Assembly (NCBI GenBank): GCA_900617105.1
Contig: UYFQ01000684.1
Coordinates: 1 to 43,957 of the forward strand
DNA length: 43,957 bases
DNA from: Hydrurus foetidus
Taxonomy: Eukaryota
Direction: 5' to 3'
The notes under the pieces were generated by a model. That model worked only from the letters and a program-made list of their open reading frames with translations. It was not told where the DNA came from and did not search any database. Shown one piece after another: positions 12,920-23,763 of this stretch. Position 1 is the first letter of the stretch. Every line of letters begins with the position of its first letter. The position numbers and the translations under genes were made by a program.

Positions 12920-13697
12920 TAGGAGAAGACTCTACTGACTAGGACAAGACTCGACTGCTATGACAAGACTCGATGAATAGGACAAGACTCGATGGCTATG
13001 ACAAGACTCGACTGCTATGACAAGACTCGATGGATAGGACAAGACTCGACTGCTATGACAAGACTCGATGGATAGGACAAGACTCGGCTGCTATAACAAG
13101 ACTCGATGGATAGGACAAGACTCGATGGATAGGACAAGACCCGACTGCTAGGACAAGACTCGACTGCTATGACAAGACTCGACGGATAGGACAAGACTCG
13201 ATGGATAGGACAAGACTCGACTGCTATAACAAGACTCGACGGATAAGACAAGACTCGACTGCTATGACAAGACTCGATGGATAGGACAAGACTCGATGGA
13301 TAGGACAAGACTCGACGGATAGGATAAGACTCGGCTGCTATAACAAGACTCGATGGCTAGGACAAGACCCGACTGCTAGGACAAGACTCGGCTGCTATAA
13401 CAAGACTCGACGGATAGGACAAGACTCGATGGATAGGACAAGACTCGACTGCTATGACAAGACACAATGGATAAGACAAGACTCAGCTGCTATGAAAAGA
13501 CTCGACTGCTATGACAAGACTCAATGAATTGGACAAGACGCGATGGCTAGGACAAGACTCGGCTGCTATAACAAGACTCGATGGATAGGACAAGACTCGA
13601 TGGATAGGACAAGACTCGATGGATAGGACAAGACTCTCCTGAAGTTGCCGCAGCATGACAGGACAATACTCCATGGATAGGACAAAACTCGACAAGA
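12920..13697. repeat. 19-bp minisatellite (~40 units) inside the MULE
   Basis: Head-to-tail units such as TGGATAGGACAAGACTCGA and CTGCTATGACAAGACTCGA with near-invariant core ACAAGACTCG, degenerating at both edges. Confidence 0.95.
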
Positions 13698-15361
13698 TCC
13701 TAGTAAGTGCCACCTATTTTATATTCATAGAGGTTGACGAATCAGTAGAATTTCTTGGTGCAGATGCTAAGTTGAGGATGTGAGGAAATGGAAGAGATGG
13801 ATTGGTCGACGTCATTTTGAAGTTTTTTTACCTGGTAAAATTTGTCTCGTCTGCCGTGCAATGATATCGCCACTCGCGACCGTCGTTGCAGCGAAGTTTT
13901 GGTCGAGGTAGAGATTTCTCGAAGTAACTGTGGTGGAGGAACACAATTGCTGTTCTCTACTGCTTAGAGGTGCTCTACAGTGCAGTAGAGTAAGTTGTGT
14001 AGATAAGATGAGACTGTATTCACTCGAGAAACTTACCAAATTTGACTCATTTTTGGCTTTTTCAAATTTTGGAGCAAATTTTCCAATTTTGCAGCAAATT
14101 TTGTCGGTAAATCAAGTAATCCGTCCGAGCGTCCGAGTCCGCCACCAGAAAGTTTTCCGTCACTTTTAAAGTTTTCGTTCTCGGAAAAAGTGTAAGTTCG
14201 TCGAAAATAGTGGAAAATTCTATTGAAATAGTCGCGAATTCTCTAATAGTCCTTGGTCTCCTTTTAAAGTTCTTGATTCTCTAAAATAGTCTTCATTCTC
14301 TTGAAATAGTTTTTTTTCCTCTTTTTATAGTTCTCCGTTATTTGGGTGCCAAGAATTATCACTTATAAATACGACGACTTGTGACTCGTGACCATACAGT
14401 ATACAGTACTCTAATTCAATGTAAGCTGTGCATATCGAACCGACCGTAGCTACGGTACCCTATTTTATTCGGGTAGGTATATCTAGTTATCTAATCTATG
14501 GAAAGATAGCCGGTTTACGGTACTCTACCGTAGATATTGGACGAAAGTCAGGCTCTTAAAAATTTATTGTCAAGGGCGCGAGAATTATAAACTAGAGCTC
14601 GGTTAAGTTAGCAAATTTTAATGACGATTTTTGATGATATGCATGTACCTCTGACAAGATTCAGATTTGGGGGTCTTAAGTAGTATGAGTTACACGTAAA
14701 AAACTTGAAATTATACAAAGTCATGAAACCCTTCAATCTCTGATTAACATCGTATTTTTATAGTGATTATCTTTATTGTTATTATTCTTTATTATCCTTA
14801 TTTTATATCGACACCCATTAAGCTTGGACACTTTTACTCAGACACGACTGCAATATAACTGTTTACAACCCTCATCATTTCTGTGAATAATTGCTGAGTT
14901 CAGCCGCTTATTCTTTACCTAAACATCTGGCGGGTACTTAACTGGCGCGCAGCTCAGTTTTGATTGATTTACTTAGGTGCCGATACCAGAGACAAACATT
15001 TTTGGATCATTGACGTCTCCGTTACTACCTATCCCATGCCTGGATCTATCTGCGCTGATATTTTTTGTGTGTCAGATGATTCTGAAATATCACTCAACTC
15101 AAATACGTAAATAATAGGGAAGGAGACGGTATGACAATGTTGTTGTTATTGTCGGTATACCGGGTATACCGGATACCATATACCGGTTCTACACCGATGG
15201 GTTCGAGGTGAACAAACGCGACACAGAACGTCATCGATGCTGAATATTGAGCACTCTCTGTCACTGCTGCTACATATCATATCATTCTTTAGTGTTTCCA
15301 GTTTGCATTGAGTGGGCACTCTTATCTTCTGGTGGTCACTGGTAGCTCCACCCTAAGCAAA

Positions 15362-18300
15362 ATGGATCTTATAGAAAAACTTCTTGGTGGTAGAGGATGC
15401 AGCACAGATGGATCACTCACACGCAATCCTATAACGTCAATGGTCGATAGTGTTTTCAACAGTCACATCGCATCTAGTCAGCATCAGCTCCCAGCGTCAT
15501 TCGGTGAAGAACAAGGTTACTTTATGGAAGAGTCCATACGTCAGCAAAGTGGCACGGTCAACTCAGTCAGTCAGGTGAATTACTGAACGCTGGCACAGAC
15601 TTGCGGCTGTACTTTCATTCGTTAACGGCCCATTCGTGCTAACACTTCACGAAGTTCCCAAATGACGCTCTAATGGCTGGATATCAAGGCATGGAAAACC
15701 ACGCTTCGAGCATGAGCCATCAAATGCTCGGTGGTCCGCAGATGTGGCAACAGCAGCAGTATATGATGATGCAGCAACAGGCAGCGATGTCTCAAATGAT
15801 GCAAATGCAGGTCTAGTGGTAGAAATCTTGCAGATCCAACAAACTATTTTGAAACTTATCGAGCGATGACAATGTCAATCTACATTCTAAAACACAACAG
15901 CACCATAGAGCCATGATGGAACAGAACTCATCTTACAAAAACAGCGCAGTAGAAGTGAGTTCCCACAGCATGTCATATGCAACAGTAACTGTCCGCAGAG
16001 TTATATTAGAACTTCTTATATTATTTTAAAAGCGCTCGTCAGCACTTCTAAATTTGCATGTATCTCAATTACATTGATATCATATCATTTCGAAAGGACA
16101 GATCGATTGGACGTGATGATTACCAGGACGACTACACTGCAGATAACGTAAGTAAATTGACTCCTCTGCCATGTGAGTACAAGTACTTTTACATTTCCCA
16201 GAGCTGCGCTGAATGTTTATGTGGATTGCAAATTGTTCGATACCGAAGGGGGTTACTTTTCAGTCGACACGACACATCTTAGCTTACAAGTATTTGTCAC
16301 ACATTAATTTGATCTCAACTTCTCCTCAATTGTGTTCTTTCTAGAGAGGCTTTGAGAAAAACATCGGATATCAAAGAGAAGTGAACTTTGTCGCTGATCC
16401 TGAATTCGTTGTGCCGCAATCATCTACTGATGAGCTCGGCAAAGCACTAGAGAAGGTTGTTTATCATAACAAGCACGTGATCATGATTATGTGATGTGAT
16501 CAATCAGATTTGCTGCTTGAAGTTCTATGCTCTACACGGCACTTTAAGGCTGCCCCGTAGTTCTCACTGTCCCCAAAATTCTCGCTACAGTATCGTTCTT
16601 CCAACAATTACAGAATAGTACACTACACTACGTACGAGTATGCTATGCTATGCTATGCTATGCAACGCCTTATATCACATATACGGCTCGAAACCGCATC
16701 AATGACTGACAAACTAGATGTCTCATACTACACTGTCTCATCTTCACGTGCCCTTTGTATAGGCTCTGAATGAAGGGGAGTTAACTTCTCACCGCATGGA
16801 TGAGATATGGAGTTCCTTCGGGGCAGAGCTAACGGAGGTGAGTACGCACTCACTAGAATCAAGTACTACATTCAAGCTGTAAACTAAAATGATGATATTT
16901 ACAGCGGCAGACTTATTGCTCACGCAAAATACGATGATTTTTTGCATCAGTATTCGATAAATAAAACACTCGTTTGTCGCTCTCATTGAAGAATAATCCG
17001 GCGTACACCGCATCCGATGCGGTAGACTGGTCAACAGAAAGGAACAGACAGGAAGAAGCCTACGCTCACCACACAGACACAGCAGAAATAAAGAATGACG
17101 GTCAATCTCTCGAGGGGTATCGAAAAGCATGGGAGAGTCTGTCTGAGAAACTAGAAGCAGGGAAGGACGATTATGCCTTCACACCGAACAATAAGTACGT
17201 CACTGACAGCAAAGGGCTCCCCGGTGATTTGTTCGAAGAGGGAATGAAGCTCTTCAAGGAAGCCAAGATCAGAGAAGCAGTGCTCGCCTTCGAGGCGGAG
17301 GCGCAGAGGGATTCAGGCAACTCGGAGGCGTGGAGGATGTTAGGTGCGTATCCATGACATACAATGCCACGTTGAGGCATGTTCTGTTATCTTTGGATGT
17401 GCTTACGCCAATCTACTTCCCTCATTGCACAACACTGCAGGTGTGTGTCATTCTGAGAATGACGAGGACAAGAAGGCCATCATCAGTCTACGGAGGAGTC
17501 TTGATGAAGATCCGTATAACCTCGACTCTCTGCTCGCTCTGGGTACCAGGTAACGAGTCTAATCGTTTGTTGGGTGGAGAGAAAGAGTAGATAGGGATAG
17601 TGGGGGGATAGGAGAGTTAATGGCGAAGGAGAAGAAGGAGGGGGAAGGGAAGGTGATGAGAGGTAATATTGTGTGCAACAAGAGACAGGGTGAATGAGTC
17701 ATTGAGTGAGTGAGCGAGTGGATGAGTCACTGAGTGAGCGATATGGAGGGAGGGAGGGAGGGAGGGAGGGAGGGAGGGAGGTTCAACGTAACAGACGTTA
17801 TGCACGCAACAGTGTATAACAGCTATTGACGAAAGACTCCTTTTACATTACATGCCTGACACGGTGCCTTTCAAAATGCTCAATACTATTCAGTTACTTA
17901 ATATAGTATATATATATATTATTCAATTACTTAATATAATATATATATATATTATTCAGTTACGTGAATGAAGTGGACTCGGTGCGCGCCCTGGAATGTC
18001 TCAGTTCCTGGGTCTCTCACAATCCGCTATTTCAAGGTTAGAAACCAATAAAGGGATATAAAAATGGGAAGAAAGTAAGAATAAGAAAGATGATGGACTA
18101 TTCAATCCTCCTATCTCATGAGTTGAAGTTGAGCGCATGATATTGACTGTGGAGTGCTACGTTACATTATCTGCAGTGCAACTCAAAGAAAGATAATCAA
18201 AATAAGCACTTCGTAACATCCAGTTAATTTCTGACTTATATAATGTAAGGTTTGAAGGTGTCAGCGGATGAGTATTCCGATGGATCCCAAATAGATGACG

Positions 18301-19686
18301 TCATGCAGGTGCGTATGTACGTGTCAACTTTTGTCCAGGAACATCGCATCAGATTAAATTTGATCACTTAAAGAATAGACACTTTCTCATTTGCTGAACT
18401 ATATCGCAGTAAGCTTTTCTTTTTTTTACTTTGCGCTGTCCTCCCTGTACTTTCTACCACATCCTATTCCATCCTATCTCATTTTCGCTTATCCTATCTC
18501 ATTCCATCCTGAATCAACATTTTCTACACAATCCAAAACTAACCAGAACAGCATCAATTTTCCCATACGGCTTTTACTCTGTATTTTTTCTTTTGTTTAA
18601 TTTCTTTCCAGCATTAAAACTCACTAATTTTTGTTACTCATTGTACAGTTAATGTTAGCCGTAGCTGCACACTCCCCTTCCAATCCTGAAGTCCAAGTAG
18701 TGTTGGGGGTACTGTACAATATATCCCAGGACTTCGACAGTGCTATTGACTGTTTCAGACATGCCATCGAGCTGTCTCCGCCAGACTACAGCCTGCTAAA
18801 CAAGGTATGTCATTCCTACCCTGTTCCATTCCATTCCATTCTGTTCTATGTCACCTGACCCCAATCATTCAGTGGATATGTCCGCGGGTGTAGTGTTCTG
18901 TCTTCTTCAGTGTATTCGTTCACAGGACTTTACCTCAATGGCAGACAACTTTACTGCCACTTTACTTCACAACTGTATCACAAATGTGCAACGGTTTCTT
19001 TCGCACTACCACTTAATGCAGCTTGGAGCCACTTTGGCGAACAACAACAAGAGCGAGCAAGCGATCCAGGTGTACGCCAGAGCGCTCAATGCCCGTCCCA
19101 CCTATGCTAGGGGCTGGCTCAATCTAGGTGAGATGTGTTGGAGTGTCCGTATTGTAGTGCAGTACAGGCGGTGAATTGCAATTGTGTTATATGGACCTCT
19201 GTATTAATCAGGAACGATATCCTCACTGCATCACATCATATCGTAACTGACACGTAGGTATTTCCTTTGCGAACATGAGCCAGTACGAGGAGGCTGCGAA
19301 AGCATACGTGCAAGCACTCCATCTAACGCCCTCTGCGAGGTACATTCATCACTTCCCAATCTGTTCTCGTCTCTTCTATTAGATTTCTCGTGCAATGTGC
19401 TGCATCATGTACGTACGTCTGTTTGATCCGCACGTGCTGCAATGCAAAACGCAGCGCTGACTCACGAGTTCCTAAGTGCTTTTAAACGCACTAAGTCCCT
19501 CTTACGCCTTGTGCTCATATTGCTTTCCGCTTCTACATCTGCACCACACGCACCAGACACATTTGGGGGTACTTACGAGTGGTGTTCACGAGCATGAACC
19601 GGATGGATCTGAGCGAAGTAAGCTCTTCCGAGAACACTCAGACCATCGCGGACAAGCTGGGAATCACGCTCATCCACCCACAATAG
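15362..19686 (+). CDS. PEX5: Peroxisomal PTS1 receptor PEX5 (multi-exon TPR protein); internal N-terminal exon boundaries only partly resolved
   Basis: N-terminal MDLIEKLLGGRGCS...NPI with the conserved Cys. TPR exons: EAVLAFEAEAQRDSGNSEAWRMLG|VCHSENDEDKKAI..LLALGTSYVNE, PEVQVVLGVLYNISQDFDSAIDCF..DYSLLNK|LGATLANNNKSEQAI..YARGWLNLG|ISFANM. Last exon HIWGYLR.. ends at TAG 19684-19686. Confidence 0.9.
17745..17782. repeat. (GGGA)n microsatellite in PEX5 intron
   Basis: Direct reading of tandem GGGA units. Confidence 0.9.
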
Positions 19687-20430
19687 TGTGAATCAAGAAA
19701 CCGTACGTTAACAGTCAGGCAGGTGGTGAAGTAACTTACTCGTGAGTAAGTGACACAATTGCATGACGATACGAGGCAGTGAACCCAAATTACATAGTTC
19801 TTGCACCATCACTATCATGTTCACCTGCGCGCTGCGATAGAGCTTGCCAAAACGGAATTCATTTTTAAACCATTAAGAATTCAGACGTCCATTTGTACAT
19901 GCATGATAATTTAAAATACGAGAAAATTTACTCGTTTCAGCTCTTTTCTTTTGTTTAATCAGTACCGTGTTGGAGGCAATCGCCCACAAGTGTGGAGGTC
20001 TAGTAAGGTGTCACAAGCTTTGTAATCTCCTCCTGTTCTGCCACCTCACAATTTCCTCGCATCTCTTTCTGTATGCATTTCCTCCCGACATTCTGAAAGT
20101 GTGCAGCTGTGTTTGTTTATTTTGAATAAACTGGTTGGATATTGCTTTTAATTTATCCCATGTCGACAATCGCAACATCTTCAAGTGCTGTCTGTATTTT
20201 CCCGAAAAAATGCTAATAGATGTTGCGAATTCTAAGGTTGTTACTCAAAGTTACATGCAGAGATTACACAAGGTACTGAGAATACGTCAGATAGAACAGC
20301 ATCAAAAATCGAGCCGGAATGAATTCCTGACACTCGTCAATATAATGCGCACAGCGCCATTGAGACACAAATATGAAGCTAATTATGTTAATTATGTAAG
20401 ACATTATCTACTACAGCCTATTGAAAAAGT

Positions 20431-22136
20431 TTACGGGGCTGTGTGGCCCTGAGTGAAGAGGAGACCCACTCCAACTCCCATCACGAACATGGTGGCGATC
20501 CATGATGAGAAGGTTTGGAAGAAATATTTCCAGTTAACTCCTGATGCACCCTCGCACAATCCGATGCCCACGATACCACCGGTAATGCACTGTGACGATG
20601 AGGTAGGCAGGCCGTATTGGGAGGCAACCATGATGACCACGGCTGTGGACAATTCTGCTGCGAAGCCTCTAGCGGGTGTGAGTTTGCAGAACTCCGTGCC
20701 GACTGCTTTTGTCATTGTTTTGCCGTACGTGGCGAGGCCAGCAACAAGGGAGAAAGCGGAGATGACGAGAACCCAGATGGGAGCTTCGACAGACTTAGGG
20801 AGTTTGCCGGTTTGATTGACCACCCAAATGGTCGCCAGGGGTCCAGCCATATATCCCACCTCTCCGGCACCGTGCGCGAACATGACGCAAATAGCTGAGA
20901 ACACTTGCAGGACGCCGAACACTCTCTCTGTCTTGGAGTCGAACACTTCTGCTCTGTCCTGAAGGGCTTGAACTTCGGGACTGAAATCTTTGATCCACTC
21001 CTTCTGCATGATGACGTTGCCGCTCTTGTCGTAGCTGACCTCGCTGCGCAGATCGAGACCGTTGTAGTCGAAGAAATCCTTCACAGATTTTATGGTTGCT
21101 CTATAAAGACTGATTTTCTGCTCCGGTACCTCCTCCTCTACGGCTTCGGCTTTGCCATGCAGGACCTCACCATCCACACCTGAAAGTTCTTGTGCTTCCT
21201 GCGCCTTGATGTAGTTATCGTACGCAAGTGATTTCTGTAGATGGAGGTCCTCCAAGTACACGGCTCTTCTTCTAACGAGTGGGGTCCCGATGTAGGCGAT
21301 GATTCCGAGGCCGACAGCGATGACGAATGCTACCCATGCCGCCTTATCGTCGGTCCACTCAGAGCCTGAAGAGACTGCGAACGTCTTTTTGGCTCCTTTG
21401 ACGAACACGAAGTAGATGTTGATCCAGCCGCAGAAGACCACGAAGAATGGAAGCATGTAGAAAGATCTCTCGTAGGAGTGCTCATTGCGGAGAACCAGGT
21501 ACCTAGTAATAGTGTACATGCTTGCCGAACAGAAGCCCGTAGCGATAGGAGCGAAAAACCATGCGATCACGATAGGCACCACGCCCTTGTAGGGAGGAAT
21601 CGAGGTCGGATCGCTGACGATCCAAAGCACACCACTCTGCCCATTGAATGCAAGCGAGAATCCTATAATGCCAGCAATGATCGAGTGTGTTGCAGACACA
21701 TTCAAACCATTTTTCGATGCCCAACCTTGCCAGAAGCCTCCAGCCATCAAGGTCCACATCATGCCATATGAGTAGGCGAATGCGTTGTTCTTGAATGCCT
21801 TAATATCTGCTATACCGGCGGCGATTGTTGATGTGGAAACGCGTCCGAGAACCATCGCGCCTGTGAACTCGAAGATGGCGGCAATAAGAATCGCCTGATT
21901 AAGCGTCAAGGCGCCGGAGCCGACGGAAGTGCCGAATGCATTAGCGACATCGTTAGAGCCAGTTCCCCAGCCTGTCAAAGGATTGGTCGATTAGTTGTCG
22001 GCATTAAGTGTTATTGCTGAGGGTATGTGGACGTACCGAAGAAGAAAGCGGAAAACGCGCCGACGACCAAGATGTACTGGTAGCCATGGGAACCGGACTT
22101 GTTTGGTGAGACGCCTGTTGGAACGTTTGCTCCCAT
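20431..22136 (-). CDS. PiT/PHO4-family (SLC20-like, algal PTB-type) inorganic phosphate transporter, 546 aa; exons 22136-22037 and 21971-20431
   Basis: Spliced N-terminus MGANVP...FFFG|WGTGSNDVANAFGTSVGS (first PiT signature), VSATHSIIAG, second signature FAHGAGEVG, GFAAEL and PTSSSQCITG; many hydrophobic segments. Confidence 0.92.
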
Positions 22137-22285
22137 TTCAATGCTATTGTATGATTTGTAATTCTGATGGAGCTGCGTATATGGATCTCCATGGATGGTG
22201 CCATTTCTATCTTGGACTTTCAGTTTTCAGTTGCATAGGCGAATCGAATCTAGGTGACGTTAGTTGATGGTTTATAAAAGCGGGG

Positions 22286-23461
22286 GTTGAATCTTTGGTT
22301 GAGGTGACCAACATTTGGTCGCGTAACTGTTTTTCCACCAAAGTTTTGTTGAGACGTTTTTTTAGCCCTTAAGGTCCATGATTCTATTTTTATCCCTCAA
22401 GGTCCATAAAGGCCCTTTTCCGGTCATGAACTTCCAGTCAGATTTGACCGTTTTCACGCGCACCGGTTGCAAGATCAGTCAATCAGCTCCCCACTCAATT
22501 CGGATTATTTGAGTACTACTCACCACTGTGTACATTGATAGGTCACATTATCGACTTAACAGCTCATTATTACACGCAGCACAGCACTGAAAGGGTCGCC
22601 TCCAGTTTTAACCTAGTATGTTGAGTATGGTGAGTTTGCTGGGGCTATCAGTTTTTCTGTAGCTCAAGCCTACCATCTTTTATCACTACCTAAAGCACCG
22701 ACATCGATATTTCAAGTCATCGTTTATCATCATGATTTATTCTGCCGAGATATTAGTCCTGCAACAACCACCAAGTCTCATTAAGTCGACTGCCACGAAC
22801 ATTTTGCGTATGGGTAAATATGTGAGCGCTCACATCCAAACTCAAAATTCTGACTTCTTCACACTCTTATTTTTTCGTCACAGGACGTTGCAATTAGGAG
22901 AAATTTGGACTTTGAAATGGTCGATCCATTCGAGGCTTTCAATGAAGCTCTTAGAAGAATACTAATCTGTTTACGTAGCGAAGATCACATGGACGAATTT
23001 AGAAATACTGTTTCAATAATAACTCAGAAAATTTCTCTCCATCTTCGACAAGAGTGTGAAGAGTTTGGAATGAATTTAAAGATGTACGAAAGTTTAATGG
23101 CATATAATAAAGCAAATAGAGTGAAATTCACAAATCTTCCTGACCTCGGTCGCTTTTCTTTTGAGAGGAGGAGTGAATATAAATCAATACTATTAGTTGT
23201 CACTGTGGGTAACGGAGAAGATGTACTAAATTCGCACATTCCTAAGGAATGGTTACAGAAAGTGGATGAAGAAGTAAAGGAAAAAACGATAGGAGAAAAC
23301 AACCAAGAAATAGTCAGGTCCAAAAGTAAAGCTAAAGTTCGGGGACCTGGAAGCAAAGACTTCAAGAGTGCAAAAACAGCAACTGTACTCTCTAAGCCTC
23401 TATTAGATAAAATTCTTAAGATCATCAGTGCCGAAGTGGGGGAGTATCAAGTTAACAATAG
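22286..23461 (+). repeat. Copy 1 of 1176-bp direct duplication (left arm plus transposase 5' part)
   Basis: Matches 28757-29932 at offset 6471; four substitutions noticed by eye. Confidence 0.95.
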
Positions 23462-23462
23462 T

Positions 23463-23740
23463 TGTTGGATATTGCGTGTGTAGGGCTGGCGTTAGTAGAG
23501 AGGTGTACTTACGTACGTTACTTTCAAGCATGAAAGTAACGCACTACACTTTGAATGTGTGATTCGATATGTGTATATATATAAGTTAGTTAGTGTTGCG
23601 AAGAGTAAGCTTCGTGCACGGTGAACAGGGACGCCGCGCACAAGTTTTAAGAACAAGCACTTGACTGTCACTCAGTTATTTTACGAGCCTCAGAACGTTC
23701 CCGTACGCCTCACAGCAACGCGAACCGCGGATTTCTGACA
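23463..23740 (+). repeat. 5' LTR
   Basis: TGTTGGATAT...TTTCTGACA; two mismatches seen against the 3' LTR; TATA-like run at 23574-23583. Confidence 0.96.
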
Positions 23741-23763
23741 TCTTAAAACTTAAGGACAGCAAA

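Larger units (their letters stand above)
10268..14349 (+). mobile_element. Mutator-like (MULE) DNA transposon with imperfect TIRs and 9-10 bp TSD
   Basis: CAAGAATTA(T) is duplicated at 10259-10267/8 and 14350-14358/9. Ends are imperfect inverted repeats (ACTCAAATATAACGGACAACT.. vs revcomp ACCCAAATAACGGAGAACT..; shared GAGAATGAAGACTATTTTAGAGAA). Contains an internal transposase. Confidence 0.92.

Noticed and set aside
12920..13697. CRISPR array
   Set aside because: Units are contiguous 19-mers with no unique spacers, there are no cas genes, and the context is eukaryotic.
13015..13713. Minus-strand repetitive ORFs (97 aa and 76 aa)
   Set aside because: By-product of translating the minisatellite; no independent coding evidence.
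22004..22204. 66-aa ORF as first exon of the phosphate transporter
   Set aside because: Wrong frame; the ATG at 22136 gives a hydrophobic segment that splices in frame to the PiT signature.
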